A stretch of DNA of 64,000 bases from Chloroflexi bacterium CSP1-4 (lineage in GTDB: Bacteria; Chloroflexota; Limnocylindria; Limnocylindrales; CSP1-4). Below, piece by piece: positions 48,672-57,357 of this stretch; within the stretch, counting starts at the first letter, position 1; every line of letters starts with the position of its first letter. The DNA lies in the NCBI GenBank assembly GCA_001443375.1, contig LDXM01000006.1:18133-82132 (forward strand), given 5' to 3'. Made by a program: the position numbers and the translations under genes. The notes under the pieces were generated by a model. The model ran no database searches, was not told the origin of the DNA, and worked only from the letters and a program-made list of their open reading frames with translations.

Positions 48672-49028
48672 ATGGAAGCCGTCGAACAGCCGCAACGAGT
48701 CCCACCGTTGTCGCGGACGGCGATGCACGTCCTCATCGCGATCGGCCCGGAGGAGCGGCACGGGTACGCGATCATGCGCGAGATCGTGCGGATGACCGAG
48801 GGGGCGACGCGGCTCGGACCCGGCGGCGTCTACACCACGATCAGGCGACTCCTGGACGACGGGCTGATCGAGGAGTGCGACGAGCGTCCGGACCCCGAGC
48901 TGGACGATCAGCGCCGACGCTACTACCGGCTCACTGGGACCGGGCGGGCCGTGGCGGGGGCGGAGGTCCGTCGCCTCGAGAGCCTCGTCCGCGCGGCACG
49001 CCCGTGGGCGCTCGAGGCCGTCGAGTGA
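48672..49028 (+). CDS. PadR family transcriptional regulator
   Basis: Winged HTH PadR signature (HGYAIMREI...GVYTTIRRLLDDGLIE...RRRYYRLT). Confidence 0.85.
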   Translation: MEAVEQPQRVPPLSRTAMHVLIAIGPEERHGYAIMREIVRMTEGATRLGPGGVYTTIRRLLDDGLIEECDERPDPELDDQRRRYYRLTGTGRAVAGAEVRRLESLVRAARPWALEAVE

Positions 49029-49873
49029 TCCCGCGGGACGGGGGCCACGAGCGCGTGTACCGCTGGCTCCTGCGCCTGTACCCGGCCAAGTTCCGGGCCC
49101 GGTTCTCGAACGAGATGGTGCAGCTCTTCAGCGACCAGCTCCGCGATGCGCGAACCGGCGGTGCGCCGGCCGGGGCCGCGAGAACGTGGCTGAGGACCCT
49201 CGGCGACCTGGCCGTCACTGCCGCGGCCGAGCACGTACGGAGGGATCGAACCGTGGCTCATTCGCTTGCCGCACCGTCGATCACGAGCCGGGCCCTCGGG
49301 ACCCTCGGGATCCTGGGCGGCGCCGTCCTGGTGGCGGCCTTCCTGCCCTTCATCCCCTGGGGCCCGGACTTCTTCAACCTCCGGCTGGCGTTGTTCAACG
49401 CAGGCGCGATGGCGATCGTCATCGCCCTGCATCGCCGACAGGCGTCGGTTGCTCCGGCGCTCGCGCTGCTGGCCGCGGTCCCGGCCTTGCTTGCCAACGC
49501 GTGGCACCTCGTCATGATCGTCATCGTGGTCAGCCGGCCCGGGCCACCGGGCGTCGGGGACTACGGGCCCGTCTACATGGCCGCGAGCTCGGCCATGTGG
49601 CTGTCCGACGCCTGGTTCGGGCTGGTGACCCTGCGCCTGGGTGTCGTGAGCCGCTTGGGCCCGCTCGCGCTGACGATCGGCTCCGTGCTCCCGTTCTTCG
49701 GACAGGACCAGGTGCTCGCGTTCCTCGGACCGGACCTGTCGGCGATCATCGGCCCCCTGGCGCTCGCCGGCGTGGCCCTGAACGGGCTCGGCTGGATCGT
49801 CCTGGGGATCGTCGTGGCCACCCGACGCCGCGCGTCGAAGACGCCGTCGCAGGAGGTCCGGCCCGAAGGCTAG
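49025..49873 (+). CDS. PadR-associated integral membrane protein
   Basis: GTG 49025 overlaps the padR stop. N-terminal YRWLLRLYPAKFRARFSNEM (permease-prefix-like) then 5-6 TM helices. Confidence 0.6.
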   Translation: MIPRDGGHERVYRWLLRLYPAKFRARFSNEMVQLFSDQLRDARTGGAPAGAARTWLRTLGDLAVTAAAEHVRRDRTVAHSLAAPSITSRALGTLGILGGAVLVAAFLPFIPWGPDFFNLRLALFNAGAMAIVIALHRRQASVAPALALLAAVPALLANAWHLVMIVIVVSRPGPPGVGDYGPVYMAASSAMWLSDAWFGLVTLRLGVVSRLGPLALTIGSVLPFFGQDQVLAFLGPDLSAIIGPLALAGVALNGLGWIVLGIVVATRRRASKTPSQEVRPEG

Positions 49874-49900
49874 CGTAGGGCGCCGGATGCGAAACCCGAC

Positions 49901-49927
49901 CGTGCTGTTCTGGCGCCCTCCGGACGG
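49901..49927. repeat. duplicate of tRNA-Arg 3' end plus trailer (att-like direct repeat, left copy)
   Basis: CGTGCTGTTCTGGCGCCCTCCGGACGG matches 51096-51122 (CGTGCTGTTTCTGGCGCCCCCGGACGG), which spans the last 16 nt of tRNA-Arg and 11 nt of trailer. Confidence 0.6.
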
Positions 49928-49943
49928 CCTTGGGGGAACGGCA

Positions 49944-49982
49944 CCAGCACGCGGACGACGCACTCGTGTAGTACGCGGCAGC
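49944..49982. repeat. 39-bp imperfect direct repeat, copy R2
   Basis: CCAGCACGCGGACGACGCACTCGTGTAGTACGCGGCAGC. The first 19 nt are identical to R1. Confidence 0.6.
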
Positions 49983-50005
49983 ATCCAAGCGAAGGACCGA
50001 GCCGA

Positions 50006-50935
50006 TCAGACCTCGCCTTCGAAGTAGCCGTCGTCGACTCGTTTCACGGCAAGGCTTCGACCCGCTCGGACGCCGATGCCGTAGTCGTACATGAGCCGAG
50101 TAAGGGTGCGCCCATCGACAAGGACGATCCGTCGGCTGATTCGCCTCACGTACTCCTCGGCTTCCGGTGTGAAGTGCGACGTCGTCAAGAACACTCCCTT
50201 GCTGGCCCGTTGGCCCTCGAGGCTCCCAGCGAAGGCCTGGAGTGCCGGCCGGCCAACCCCGGTCTTCGCCTGGTACTTCTTAGCCTGGATGTACACAGCG
50301 TCGAGACCGAGCTTGTCCTCATCGATCACGCCGTCGATACCCTCATCGCCGGTCAGCTTGGTAACGCGCAGCGACGTCTCGTCGGTAGAACTCCCGTAAC
50401 CCATCGCCCCGAGGAGTTCGACCACGAGGCGCTCGAACGCCTCCCATGGGTATCCCGGCGCCTGGAGCCGGTCCAGCATGTCCGCCTCGATCGACCGACG
50501 GAGGGCGTCATAGGTCAGGTAGAGGAGTTCCTCTGGATTCTGATCGGGGATCGGGACCGGAGCCCCTTCGCTCCCGGTCTTCGGCTTCGACTTCGCCCGG
50601 AAGGCCTCGAAACCCGGGTAGCCCATGAGGAATGCGACGTTGACCTTGGCAGGCTTCTTGGCAAGGGCCTCACGTCCCACGTCGGTGATCTGCACCCGAC
50701 CCCGAGCCGGACGTGAGAGCAGTCCCGCCTTGCTCAGGTAGGTCACGGCCCAATGGGTCCGGTTGACGAAGATCGACTGACTCCCGGACAGGAGCATCCG
50801 CTGATGATCTTCCGAGGTCAGGTGGAACTGCTCAGCGAGCGGGTCCGTGATGTCGGGGACGATCCGTCGCACTTGGCCGTCGCTGAGCAGTTGGAGCACC
50901 GGAAGCATCAGCGTCTGGTAGTCCGGGATCGCCAT
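50006..50935 (-). CDS. mrr: Mrr family Type IV restriction endonuclease
   Basis: N-terminal Mrr_N winged helix (MAIPDYQTLMLPVLQLL) and C-terminal Mrr catalytic domain (DGVIDEDKLGLDAVYIQAKKY). Start ATG 50935. The upstream 27 aa of the ORF track are rejected. Confidence 0.8.
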   Translation of the reverse strand: MAIPDYQTLMLPVLQLLSDGQVRRIVPDITDPLAEQFHLTSEDHQRMLLSGSQSIFVNRTHWAVTYLSKAGLLSRPARGRVQITDVGREALAKKPAKVNVAFLMGYPGFEAFRAKSKPKTGSEGAPVPIPDQNPEELLYLTYDALRRSIEADMLDRLQAPGYPWEAFERLVVELLGAMGYGSSTDETSLRVTKLTGDEGIDGVIDEDKLGLDAVYIQAKKYQAKTGVGRPALQAFAGSLEGQRASKGVFLTTSHFTPEAEEYVRRISRRIVLVDGRTLTRLMYDYGIGVRAGRSLAVKRVDDGYFEGEV

Positions 50936-51106
50936 GGCCGGGAGTATGGCACCGGACGCGACGTCGGAGGCGTTCTTGGCGCGCTCCTCTGACGCCCCCG
51001 ACGCCCCTTCGCGCACGCTTCCAGCACTGTGACGATTAAACTGGCTTGATATTCGGCGGCAACCACTTGACAGCTGAGGCCGCCGACGACCCTGGCGTGC
51101 TGTTTC

Positions 51107-51182
51107 TGGCGCCCCCGGACGGACTCGAACCGCCGACGCAGGCCTTAGGACGGCCTCGCTCTATCCACTGAGCTACGGGGGC
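51107..51182 (-). tRNA. tRNA-Arg (anticodon CCT), CCA encoded
   Basis: Hand-folded cloverleaf: acceptor GCCCCCG/CGGGGGC, D arm GCTC/GAGC, anticodon stem AGGCC/GGCCT with loop GTCCTAA, T arm GGCGG/CCGTC with loop TTCGAGT, 3' GCCA. Confidence 0.85.
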
Positions 51183-51252
51183 GCGCTCCCATCATCCTAC
51201 GCTGCCGCCGGAAAACGGCTGACGGAGCCGGCCGCCCTACAATCCCCGGGCG

Positions 51253-51534
51253 ATGGAGTCCCGACCGACGATCCGCTTCCTCACCCGGCCCGGCTGCCAT
51301 CTCTGCGTCGAGGCGCGCGCCGGTCTCCAGGCCATCCTGGAAGAGCGGGGCGCGACCGGACGGCCCCCGGCGCAGGTGCGCGAGGTGGACATCACCGCCG
51401 ACGCGGAGCTCGAGCGCCTGAACTTCGAGCGCATCCCGGTCCTTATCGTGGGTGACGAGGAACTGCCCCTCGCGACGAGCGTCCGGGCCATGCGCGTCTT
51501 CCTCGAGCGGACGCTCGACGGCCACCTGGCCTGA
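51253..51534 (+). CDS. glutaredoxin-like thioredoxin-fold protein (DUF836/Grx2-like)
   Basis: 93 aa with a CxxC motif (PGCHLCVEA) and thioredoxin-fold features. Confidence 0.6.
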   Translation: MESRPTIRFLTRPGCHLCVEARAGLQAILEERGATGRPPAQVREVDITADAELERLNFERIPVLIVGDEELPLATSVRAMRVFLERTLDGHLA

Positions 51535-51540
51535 CCCGGG

Positions 51541-52287
51541 ATGCCCGACCTGACCCTCGCGGCCGCGTTCGTAGCGGGCATCATCAGCTTCCTCTCCCCG
51601 TGCGTGCTGCCGGTCGTGCCGGCCTACCTCGGCCAGCTTGGGGTCATCACGGTGGCCGGCGCGCCGGCCGGCACGACCGACCTGCTGGGGACCCGTCGCT
51701 GGCGGGCGCTGCGGGCGGCCCTGGCCTTCGTGCTCGGCTTCGGGGCGATCTTCACGCTGCTCGGCCTGACCGTCTACGTCGGCGGCTCGATCGGCGTCTC
51801 GCTGCCGCTCCTGCGCCAGGCCGGCGGGCTGATCCTCATCGTCCTGGGGCTGAACATGATGGGCGTCATCCGGCTGACCGCGCTGGCCCGCTCCTGGCGG
51901 CCGCTGGACCGCGTCGCGGCGCGAAGGTCGACGGCAGGCCTGGCTGCGTCCCCCGCGGGCGCCTTCGGGCTGGGCGCCATCTTCGCCATCGGCTGGACCC
52001 CCTGCATCGGGCCCACCCTGGGCGCCATCCTCGGCCTCGCCTCGCTCGGGCCGAGCGCCCAGGCGGTGGCCCTCTTCGTCTTCTACTCGATCGGGCTGGC
52101 CATCCCGTTCCTGGCCCTGGCGCTGACGCTCGACCGGGCTCCGGCCCTCGTCCGGCCCCTGCTGCGCCACAGTCGGACGGTCGAGATCGTGGGGGGTGGG
52201 CTCATCGTCATCATCGGCGTGGCGATGGTGTTCGACTGGCTGTTCGTCCTCGCCTCGACGTTCAGCTGGCTGTGGCCGCGGGTCTGA
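51541..52287 (+). CDS. ccdA: cytochrome c biogenesis / thiol-disulfide transporter CcdA (DsbD family)
   Basis: Six TM helices with the two conserved Cys (SPCVLP and TPCIGP). Confidence 0.85.
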   Translation: MPDLTLAAAFVAGIISFLSPCVLPVVPAYLGQLGVITVAGAPAGTTDLLGTRRWRALRAALAFVLGFGAIFTLLGLTVYVGGSIGVSLPLLRQAGGLILIVLGLNMMGVIRLTALARSWRPLDRVAARRSTAGLAASPAGAFGLGAIFAIGWTPCIGPTLGAILGLASLGPSAQAVALFVFYSIGLAIPFLALALTLDRAPALVRPLLRHSRTVEIVGGGLIVIIGVAMVFDWLFVLASTFSWLWPRV

Positions 52288-52291
52288 GCGG

Positions 52292-52939
52292 ATGACCGAA
52301 CCCGCGCGCACTCGGCGCCCCGGGCTCATCGGGCCCTTCAGCGGGCGGCACATCGCGCTCGCGCTGGTGATCGTCCTCGGTACCGCCGCCGTCATCGCCC
52401 TCGTCACGGCGCCGATCACGAACCCGGCCGTGCCGCAGCCGTCGCCGGGCACCACCTTCTTCGCCATCGGTCCGCCGGTCGAGGGACTGAAGCCGGGCGA
52501 TCGAGCGCCCGAGCTGGAGGGCGAGGTCGAGGGCGTCGTCCAGCCGCTCCTCGACCTTGACGGCCGCCCGGTCCGCCTGGCCGACCTGCGCGGCCGGCCG
52601 GTCTGGCTGAACTTCTTCGCCACCTGGTGTCCGCCCTGCCAGTACGAGACGCCGGTGCTGCAACAGGTCTACGAGGCGCATGCGGCCGACGGGCTGGCGC
52701 TGGTCGGCGTGAGCGTCCAGGAGACGGTGCCAGAGGACGTCGCGGCGTACGCCTCCACGTACGGTCTCACCTACACCATCGGCTTCGACGCGACCTCGGC
52801 CATCTTCCGCACCTACAAGGCCTACGGGCTGCCCACGCACTACTTCATCGACCGCGAGGGTGTCATCCGCGCCGTGTGGCGGGGGCCGCTGACCGTCGCG
52901 CAGGCCGAGGCCTTCCTGGCGCCGCTGCTGGCGCCCTAG
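52292..52939 (+). CDS. TlpA/ResA-like thiol-disulfide oxidoreductase (redoxin)
   Basis: N-terminal TM anchor and thioredoxin fold with WCPPC active site. ATG 52292. The upstream 32 aa of the ORF track are rejected. Confidence 0.8.
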   Translation: MTEPARTRRPGLIGPFSGRHIALALVIVLGTAAVIALVTAPITNPAVPQPSPGTTFFAIGPPVEGLKPGDRAPELEGEVEGVVQPLLDLDGRPVRLADLRGRPVWLNFFATWCPPCQYETPVLQQVYEAHAADGLALVGVSVQETVPEDVAAYASTYGLTYTIGFDATSAIFRTYKAYGLPTHYFIDREGVIRAVWRGPLTVAQAEAFLAPLLAP

Positions 52940-53796
52940 ACGATCGGCTCGAAGCGGAAGCGGTCGCGGTCGGCGAGGAGGCGACCGACCGGGCGCCGCG
53001 GCTCGTGGGAGAGGACGACGGTCCAGCCCTCCTCGGCGGCGCGGCGGAAGAGCGAGGCCTTGACTTCGACGCTGGTCAGCGGGAAGTCGTCGAAGCTGGG
53101 CACCCAGCGCGGGTTGGCGCTCCAGGGGCGCATGCACAGGTCGCCGAAGAAGCCGACCGTGCCGCCCGGTCCATGGACGACGATGGCCTGGTGGCCGCCG
53201 GAATGGCCGCCCGTGCGGATGACCTCGACGCCGGGGATCAGCTCCTCCTGGCCGTCGGCGGCGCCGGCGAGGCCCATCGCCTCGACCAGCCGCAGCTCCT
53301 CCTGCTCGTACGAGGCGACGAGGCGCGGGTTGTCCCCCAGCGCGAACGACCACTCCACGCGCTGGGCGACGAAGCGGGCGCGCGGGAAGGCCGGCGCGCC
53401 GTCGGCGGCGAGGATGCCGCCGGCGTGGTCCCAGTGGAGGTGGCTGACCGCCACCGCGTCCACCGTCCCCGGATCGAACCCGGCCTGGCGCAGGGCGGGC
53501 AGGATGGCCGGGCCGCTCACGCCCCGCTGGGCGCTGCGCTTCTCGTCGAAGCGCTCCCCCACCCCGGTCTCCACGAGCACGCGCCCCGCCGGCGTCTCGA
53601 CGAGCAGGCAGTTGAGCGCCTGCGTCAGCGTCGCGTCGGGGTTCAGCTCGTCGGCGACCAGGCGCTCCCAGAGGACGCGCGGCACAGGCCCGAAGACAGT
53701 GCCCGCGTCGGAGGTGAAGGTGCCTGCCTGGATGAGCGCGACGCGCACGCCGCCGCCCAGCTCGGTCCGCCAGTCCACGCGCTCGTTGATGGCCAC
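52936..53796 (-). CDS. MBL-fold metallo-hydrolase
   Basis: HLHWDHAGG (HxHxDH) motif and later GGHSGGH. 286 aa. Confidence 0.75.
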   Translation of the reverse strand: MAINERVDWRTELGGGVRVALIQAGTFTSDAGTVFGPVPRVLWERLVADELNPDATLTQALNCLLVETPAGRVLVETGVGERFDEKRSAQRGVSGPAILPALRQAGFDPGTVDAVAVSHLHWDHAGGILAADGAPAFPRARFVAQRVEWSFALGDNPRLVASYEQEELRLVEAMGLAGAADGQEELIPGVEVIRTGGHSGGHQAIVVHGPGGTVGFFGDLCMRPWSANPRWVPSFDDFPLTSVEVKASLFRRAAEEGWTVVLSHEPRRPVGRLLADRDRFRFEPIV

Positions 53797-53814
53797 GGCC
53801 GCCTTCTCGCGCCG

Positions 53815-54420
53815 CTAACCGCGGCGCGGACCGCCCTTGACGGCGCGGCGGTCGCGCTCGAAGTCGCGGTAGAAGGCGGAGGCGGTGGGGGTGGACTGGC
53901 CCTGGTATTTCGAGCCCAGCTCCTTCGAGCCGTAGGGGCGCTCGACCGGGCTGGTCATGGCGAAGAAGCTGATCTGGCCGATCTTCATGCCGAAGTAGAG
54001 CGCGATGGGCAGGTTGGCCACGTTCGACAGCTCGAGGGTGAGGTTGCCCTTCCAGCCGGGATCCACGTAGCCGGCCGTGGAGTGGATGAGCAGCCCCAGC
54101 CGGCCTAGCGAGCTCTTTCCCTCGAGGCGCGCGACGATGTCGTCGGGCAGCTCCACCCACTCGAGCGTCTGGCCCAGCACGAACTCACCGGGATGGAGGA
54201 TGAAGGCCTCCTCGTCCTCGACCGTCACCAGCTCGGTCAGGTCCGGCTGCGCGGTCCGCGGGTCGATGTAGGGGTAGCGATTGTTGCGGAAGACGCGGAA
54301 CTCGCGATCGAGGTGGAGGTCCACCGAGGAGGGCTGCAGGCAGCTCGGGTCGTAGGGGTCGATGCGCACGCGCCCATCCTCGAGGGCGGCGCGGATGTCG
54401 CGATCGGACAGGACGGCCAT
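53815..54420 (-). CDS. dcd: dCTP deaminase (possibly bifunctional dCTP deaminase/dUTPase)
   Basis: Dcd/dUTPase fold: [28 protein letters not shown]. Confidence 0.85.
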   Translation of the reverse strand: MAVLSDRDIRAALEDGRVRIDPYDPSCLQPSSVDLHLDREFRVFRNNRYPYIDPRTAQPDLTELVTVEDEEAFILHPGEFVLGQTLEWVELPDDIVARLEGKSSLGRLGLLIHSTAGYVDPGWKGNLTLELSNVANLPIALYFGMKIGQISFFAMTSPVERPYGSKELGSKYQGQSTPTASAFYRDFERDRRAVKGGPRRG

Positions 54421-54428
54421 GCGCTCGA

Positions 54429-54938
54429 TCAGGCTCTCTTGGGGCGGACATAGCCGACGGTCTGGGGCTCGGCGCCCGGCGTGGCTCGCTCGGCGAGCAG
54501 CGTATCGACCTCGCGCTTGAGCTGCTCGATGTCCTCGAAGCTCTGGTACACGCTGGCGAAGCGGATGTAGGCGATCTGGTCGAGCTGGCGCAGACGATCC
54601 ATGGCCAGCTCCCCGATGCGGCTCGAGGGCACCTCGGAGGTCCCGGAGGCGCGCAGGGTGGCCTCGATAGCGTCGGCCGCGGCCTCGGCCGCGTCGGGCG
54701 GCACGGGCCGCCGGGTGAGTGCCTTGGCCAGGCCGGCAGCGAGCTTGTCGCGGTCGAACTCGACGCGGCTGCCGTCACGCTTCAGCACGGTCAGGCGGGC
54801 CGCCTCGACGCGCTCGAAGGTGGTGAAGCGCGATTCGCAGGCGACACACTCCCGGCGACGGCGGATGGTCACGCCGTCGTCCTGGTCGCGCGAGTCGATC
54901 ACTCGGGTCTGGGTCGCCCCGCATGTCGGGCAGCGCAC
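54429..54938 (-). CDS. nrdR: transcriptional repressor NrdR
   Basis: MRCPTCG...[14 protein letters not shown] zinc ribbon plus ATP-cone. 169 aa. Confidence 0.9.
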   Translation of the reverse strand: MRCPTCGATQTRVIDSRDQDDGVTIRRRRECVACESRFTTFERVEAARLTVLKRDGSRVEFDRDKLAAGLAKALTRRPVPPDAAEAAADAIEATLRASGTSEVPSSRIGELAMDRLRQLDQIAYIRFASVYQSFEDIEQLKREVDTLLAERATPGAEPQTVGYVRPKRA

Positions 54939-54966
54939 GCTCGGGTCCTGGCCTCCTCGAGACCGA

Positions 54967-54982
54967 CCACAAGGGCTTGTGG
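54967..54982. promoter_or_regulatory. candidate NrdR box (16-bp palindrome CCACAAGGGCTTGTGG)
   Basis: Perfect 7-bp arms around a 2-bp spacer, resembling the aCAC...GTGt NrdR-box consensus. Lies 29 nt upstream of the nrdR start. A weaker TCTAG-N7-CTAGA lies at 54990-55006. Confidence 0.45.
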
Positions 54983-55001
54983 TGGCAGCTCTAGGCTACC
55001 A

Positions 55002-55550
55002 CTAGATGCGGGACGCTCGCGAGCCCTTGACGGCGGCGGCGGCGAGCCCGGGCACGGCCGCCGCATGATCGACGAAGGCCTGCCGGGCGTGGAGCAGGTT
55101 GAGGTAGCCACGCTTGATCGCGGTCTGCGCCTCGAGTTCGCGCTGACGCCCGTCGCCGTCGCCGGCGAGGTCCGTCCCGAAGTCGATCATCTCCAGCGAA
55201 CGGGCCAGGCGGTCGAGGTCGCCGGCGATCGCCTCGCGCGCCGCGACGAAGCCGCGCGGCGTCCGCCAGCGCTCGATCGCCTCCCGCGCCGCGACGAACT
55301 CGCCGTGCGCGGCGGCCAGCTCCCCGCGGACCTCGTCGGCCGGCACCTGGTGGCGGCGCACCGCGTCGAGGCGCTCGAGGAGCGGATCGACGACCGACCC
55401 CATGCGCCGGGAGAGCGCATCCGTCTCCCGCGCGAAGGCGACCGCCTCGCGGGCCCGGGCCAGGGCGGCCGCAGCGCGGCGCACGAAGACGACGAGGACG
55501 AACACGACGAGGACCAGGAGGACGAGCGGCAGGACGACGCTCAGCGACAC
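55002..55550 (-). CDS. hypothetical membrane-anchored coiled-coil protein
   Basis: N-terminal hydrophobic helix ([21 protein letters not shown]) followed by Ala/Arg/Glu-rich helical region. No recognisable family. Confidence 0.45.
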   Translation of the reverse strand: MSLSVVLPLVLLVLVVFVLVVFVRRAAAALARAREAVAFARETDALSRRMGSVVDPLLERLDAVRRHQVPADEVRGELAAAHGEFVAAREAIERWRTPRGFVAAREAIAGDLDRLARSLEMIDFGTDLAGDGDGRQRELEAQTAIKRGYLNLLHARQAFVDHAAAVPGLAAAAVKGSRASRI

Positions 55551-55578
55551 GTTGCGGCTCCCGGCCTCATCCCCGCCG

Positions 55579-56553
55579 CTATCCGCGCCGCGCGCGAACG
55601 GCGGCCGTCAGTCGGGGCACGATCTCGAAGAGGTCGCCCACGACGACGAGGTCGGCGAACTCGACGATCGGCGCGTCCGGGTCGCGGTTGATGGCCACGA
55701 TGGTGCCCGAGGTCTGCATGCCGACCTTGTGCTGGATGGCGCCGCTGATGCCGGTCGCGACATACAGCGCCGGCTTGATGATCTTGCCCGTCTGGCCGAT
55801 CTGCTGGCTGTAGGGCAGCCAGCCGGCATCGACCACCGCGCGCGTCCCGCCCACCGCGCCGCCGAAGGCGTCGGCGAGCTCTTCCACGATGCGGAAGCCC
55901 TCGGGGCCACCGACGCCGCGGCCGCCGGCGACGACGACGCGGGCGTCGTCGATCGAGGCCGCCGCGCCGGCCTGGACGACCCGCTCGACGACACGGACCG
56001 GGGGCAGCTCCGCGCTCGGCGCCGGGTCCGCGGTCTCCACGGCTCCGGGCGCCAGGGCCGGCTCGGCGGTCACGGTGCCTGGGCGCACGAGGACGATGCC
56101 CCGGCCGTGCGTGAAGGCGCTGTCGGTGCCCAGCCGCCCGCCGAACGTGCTCATCTGCACGACCGGGCCCCCGTCGGCCCAGCGCACGCCGGCGGCGTTG
56201 ACGAGGACGGGCAGGTCGAGCCGCGCCGAGAGGAAGCCGGCCACATCCTTGCCGTCGGGCGAGGCGGAGACGAGGAGGACGTCCGGTCGCGCCTCCCCGG
56301 CCAGCGCGGCCAGGCGCGGCGCGACCACCGAGGCCGCGGGCCGGTCGCCCTCGGTGGGCGCCTCCACGGCGATCACGCGCGGCCCGAGCGCGGCCAGTTC
56401 CTTGGCCGCCCCGGCGGCGCCACTGCCCACGGCGACGACCGTGGCCGTGCCGCCAGAAGCCTGGGCCAGCTGCCGGGCCAGCGTCGCCAGCTCGAGCGAG
56501 AGCCGCGTGGGCCGGCCGCCGGCCAGCTCGGCGACGGCCCAGATGGCGGCCAT
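55579..56553 (-). CDS. etfA: electron transfer flavoprotein alpha subunit
   Basis: ETF alpha N-domain plus FAD-binding C-domain ([25 protein letters not shown]). Confidence 0.9.
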   Translation of the reverse strand: MAAIWAVAELAGGRPTRLSLELATLARQLAQASGGTATVVAVGSGAAGAAKELAALGPRVIAVEAPTEGDRPAASVVAPRLAALAGEARPDVLLVSASPDGKDVAGFLSARLDLPVLVNAAGVRWADGGPVVQMSTFGGRLGTDSAFTHGRGIVLVRPGTVTAEPALAPGAVETADPAPSAELPPVRVVERVVQAGAAASIDDARVVVAGGRGVGGPEGFRIVEELADAFGGAVGGTRAVVDAGWLPYSQQIGQTGKIIKPALYVATGISGAIQHKVGMQTSGTIVAINRDPDAPIVEFADLVVVGDLFEIVPRLTAAVRARRG

Positions 56554-57332
56554 CAGACGAGGCTCCGAGCGGCGAGGAAGTCGACGATGCGCTCCACCGC
56601 GACGTCTGGCGCATCACGGATGATGGTCGCGCCCGCGCGCGGCGGCGGCGGCGCGGCGGTCAGGACCCGCGTCGTGGCCGCGGCCGCGCCGACCCGCGCC
56701 GGGTCGATCCCCAGGTCGGCCAGCGACCAGGTCAGCGTCTCCTTGCCGCGTGCCTGCATGATCCCGCGCAGGGACGGGTAGCGCGGCTCGCCGAGCACCT
56801 GGGTGCCCATCACGAGTGCCGGCATGGGTGCCTCCAGGACGTCGTAGCCGGCCGGGCTGAGCCGATGGACGCGCACGGTCGCGCCGTCCGCGCCGGGCTC
56901 GATGTGCGCCGCGTAGGAGAGGTAGGGCAACCCGAGCCTGGCCGCGATCGCCGCGGCGACGATCCCGCCCTGGCCGTCCGACGTGTCGGCGCCGGCGAAG
57001 GCGAGGTCGTACTCGAGCCTGCGCAGGGCCGCGGCAAGGACCTCGGCCGTGGCCCGGGCACAGGACCCGGCAAGCGCCTCGTCGCTGACGTGGACGGCGC
57101 GCGTCGCGCCCATGGCCAGGCCCTTGCGCAGCGCGTCGGCGGCGGCCGCCGGTCCCATGGTCAGGAGCGTCACCTCACCGCCGTGCGCCTCGGTCAGCTT
57201 GAGCGCCGCCTCGAGGACGTACTCGTCGTTGCCGTTCGGCTCGAGGCCGCTGCCGCGGTCGACGCGGAAACCGTCGCCGAGGCGCTCGTTGCCGACGATC
57301 GGCACGGCCTTGACGAGGACGACGATGCGCAA
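56553..57332 (-). CDS. etfB: electron transfer flavoprotein beta subunit
   Basis: MRIVVLVKAVP...NGNDEYVLEAALKL is an ETF beta signature. Confidence 0.9.
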   Translation of the reverse strand: MRIVVLVKAVPIVGNERLGDGFRVDRGSGLEPNGNDEYVLEAALKLTEAHGGEVTLLTMGPAAAADALRKGLAMGATRAVHVSDEALAGSCARATAEVLAAALRRLEYDLAFAGADTSDGQGGIVAAAIAARLGLPYLSYAAHIEPGADGATVRVHRLSPAGYDVLEAPMPALVMGTQVLGEPRYPSLRGIMQARGKETLTWSLADLGIDPARVGAAAATTRVLTAAPPPPRAGATIIRDAPDVAVERIVDFLAARSLV

Positions 57333-57357
57333 GCTCGACCTCCCTGACGTGGCGCGC

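Larger units (their letters stand above)
49901..51122. mobile_element. about 1.2 kb genomic islet at tRNA-Arg(CCT) carrying only mrr, bounded by 27-bp direct repeats (no integrase)
   Basis: tRNA 3'-end duplication at both borders. Lower-GC content with AT-rich stretch near 51020-51070. The sole cargo gene is a Type IV restriction enzyme. Confidence 0.4.
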
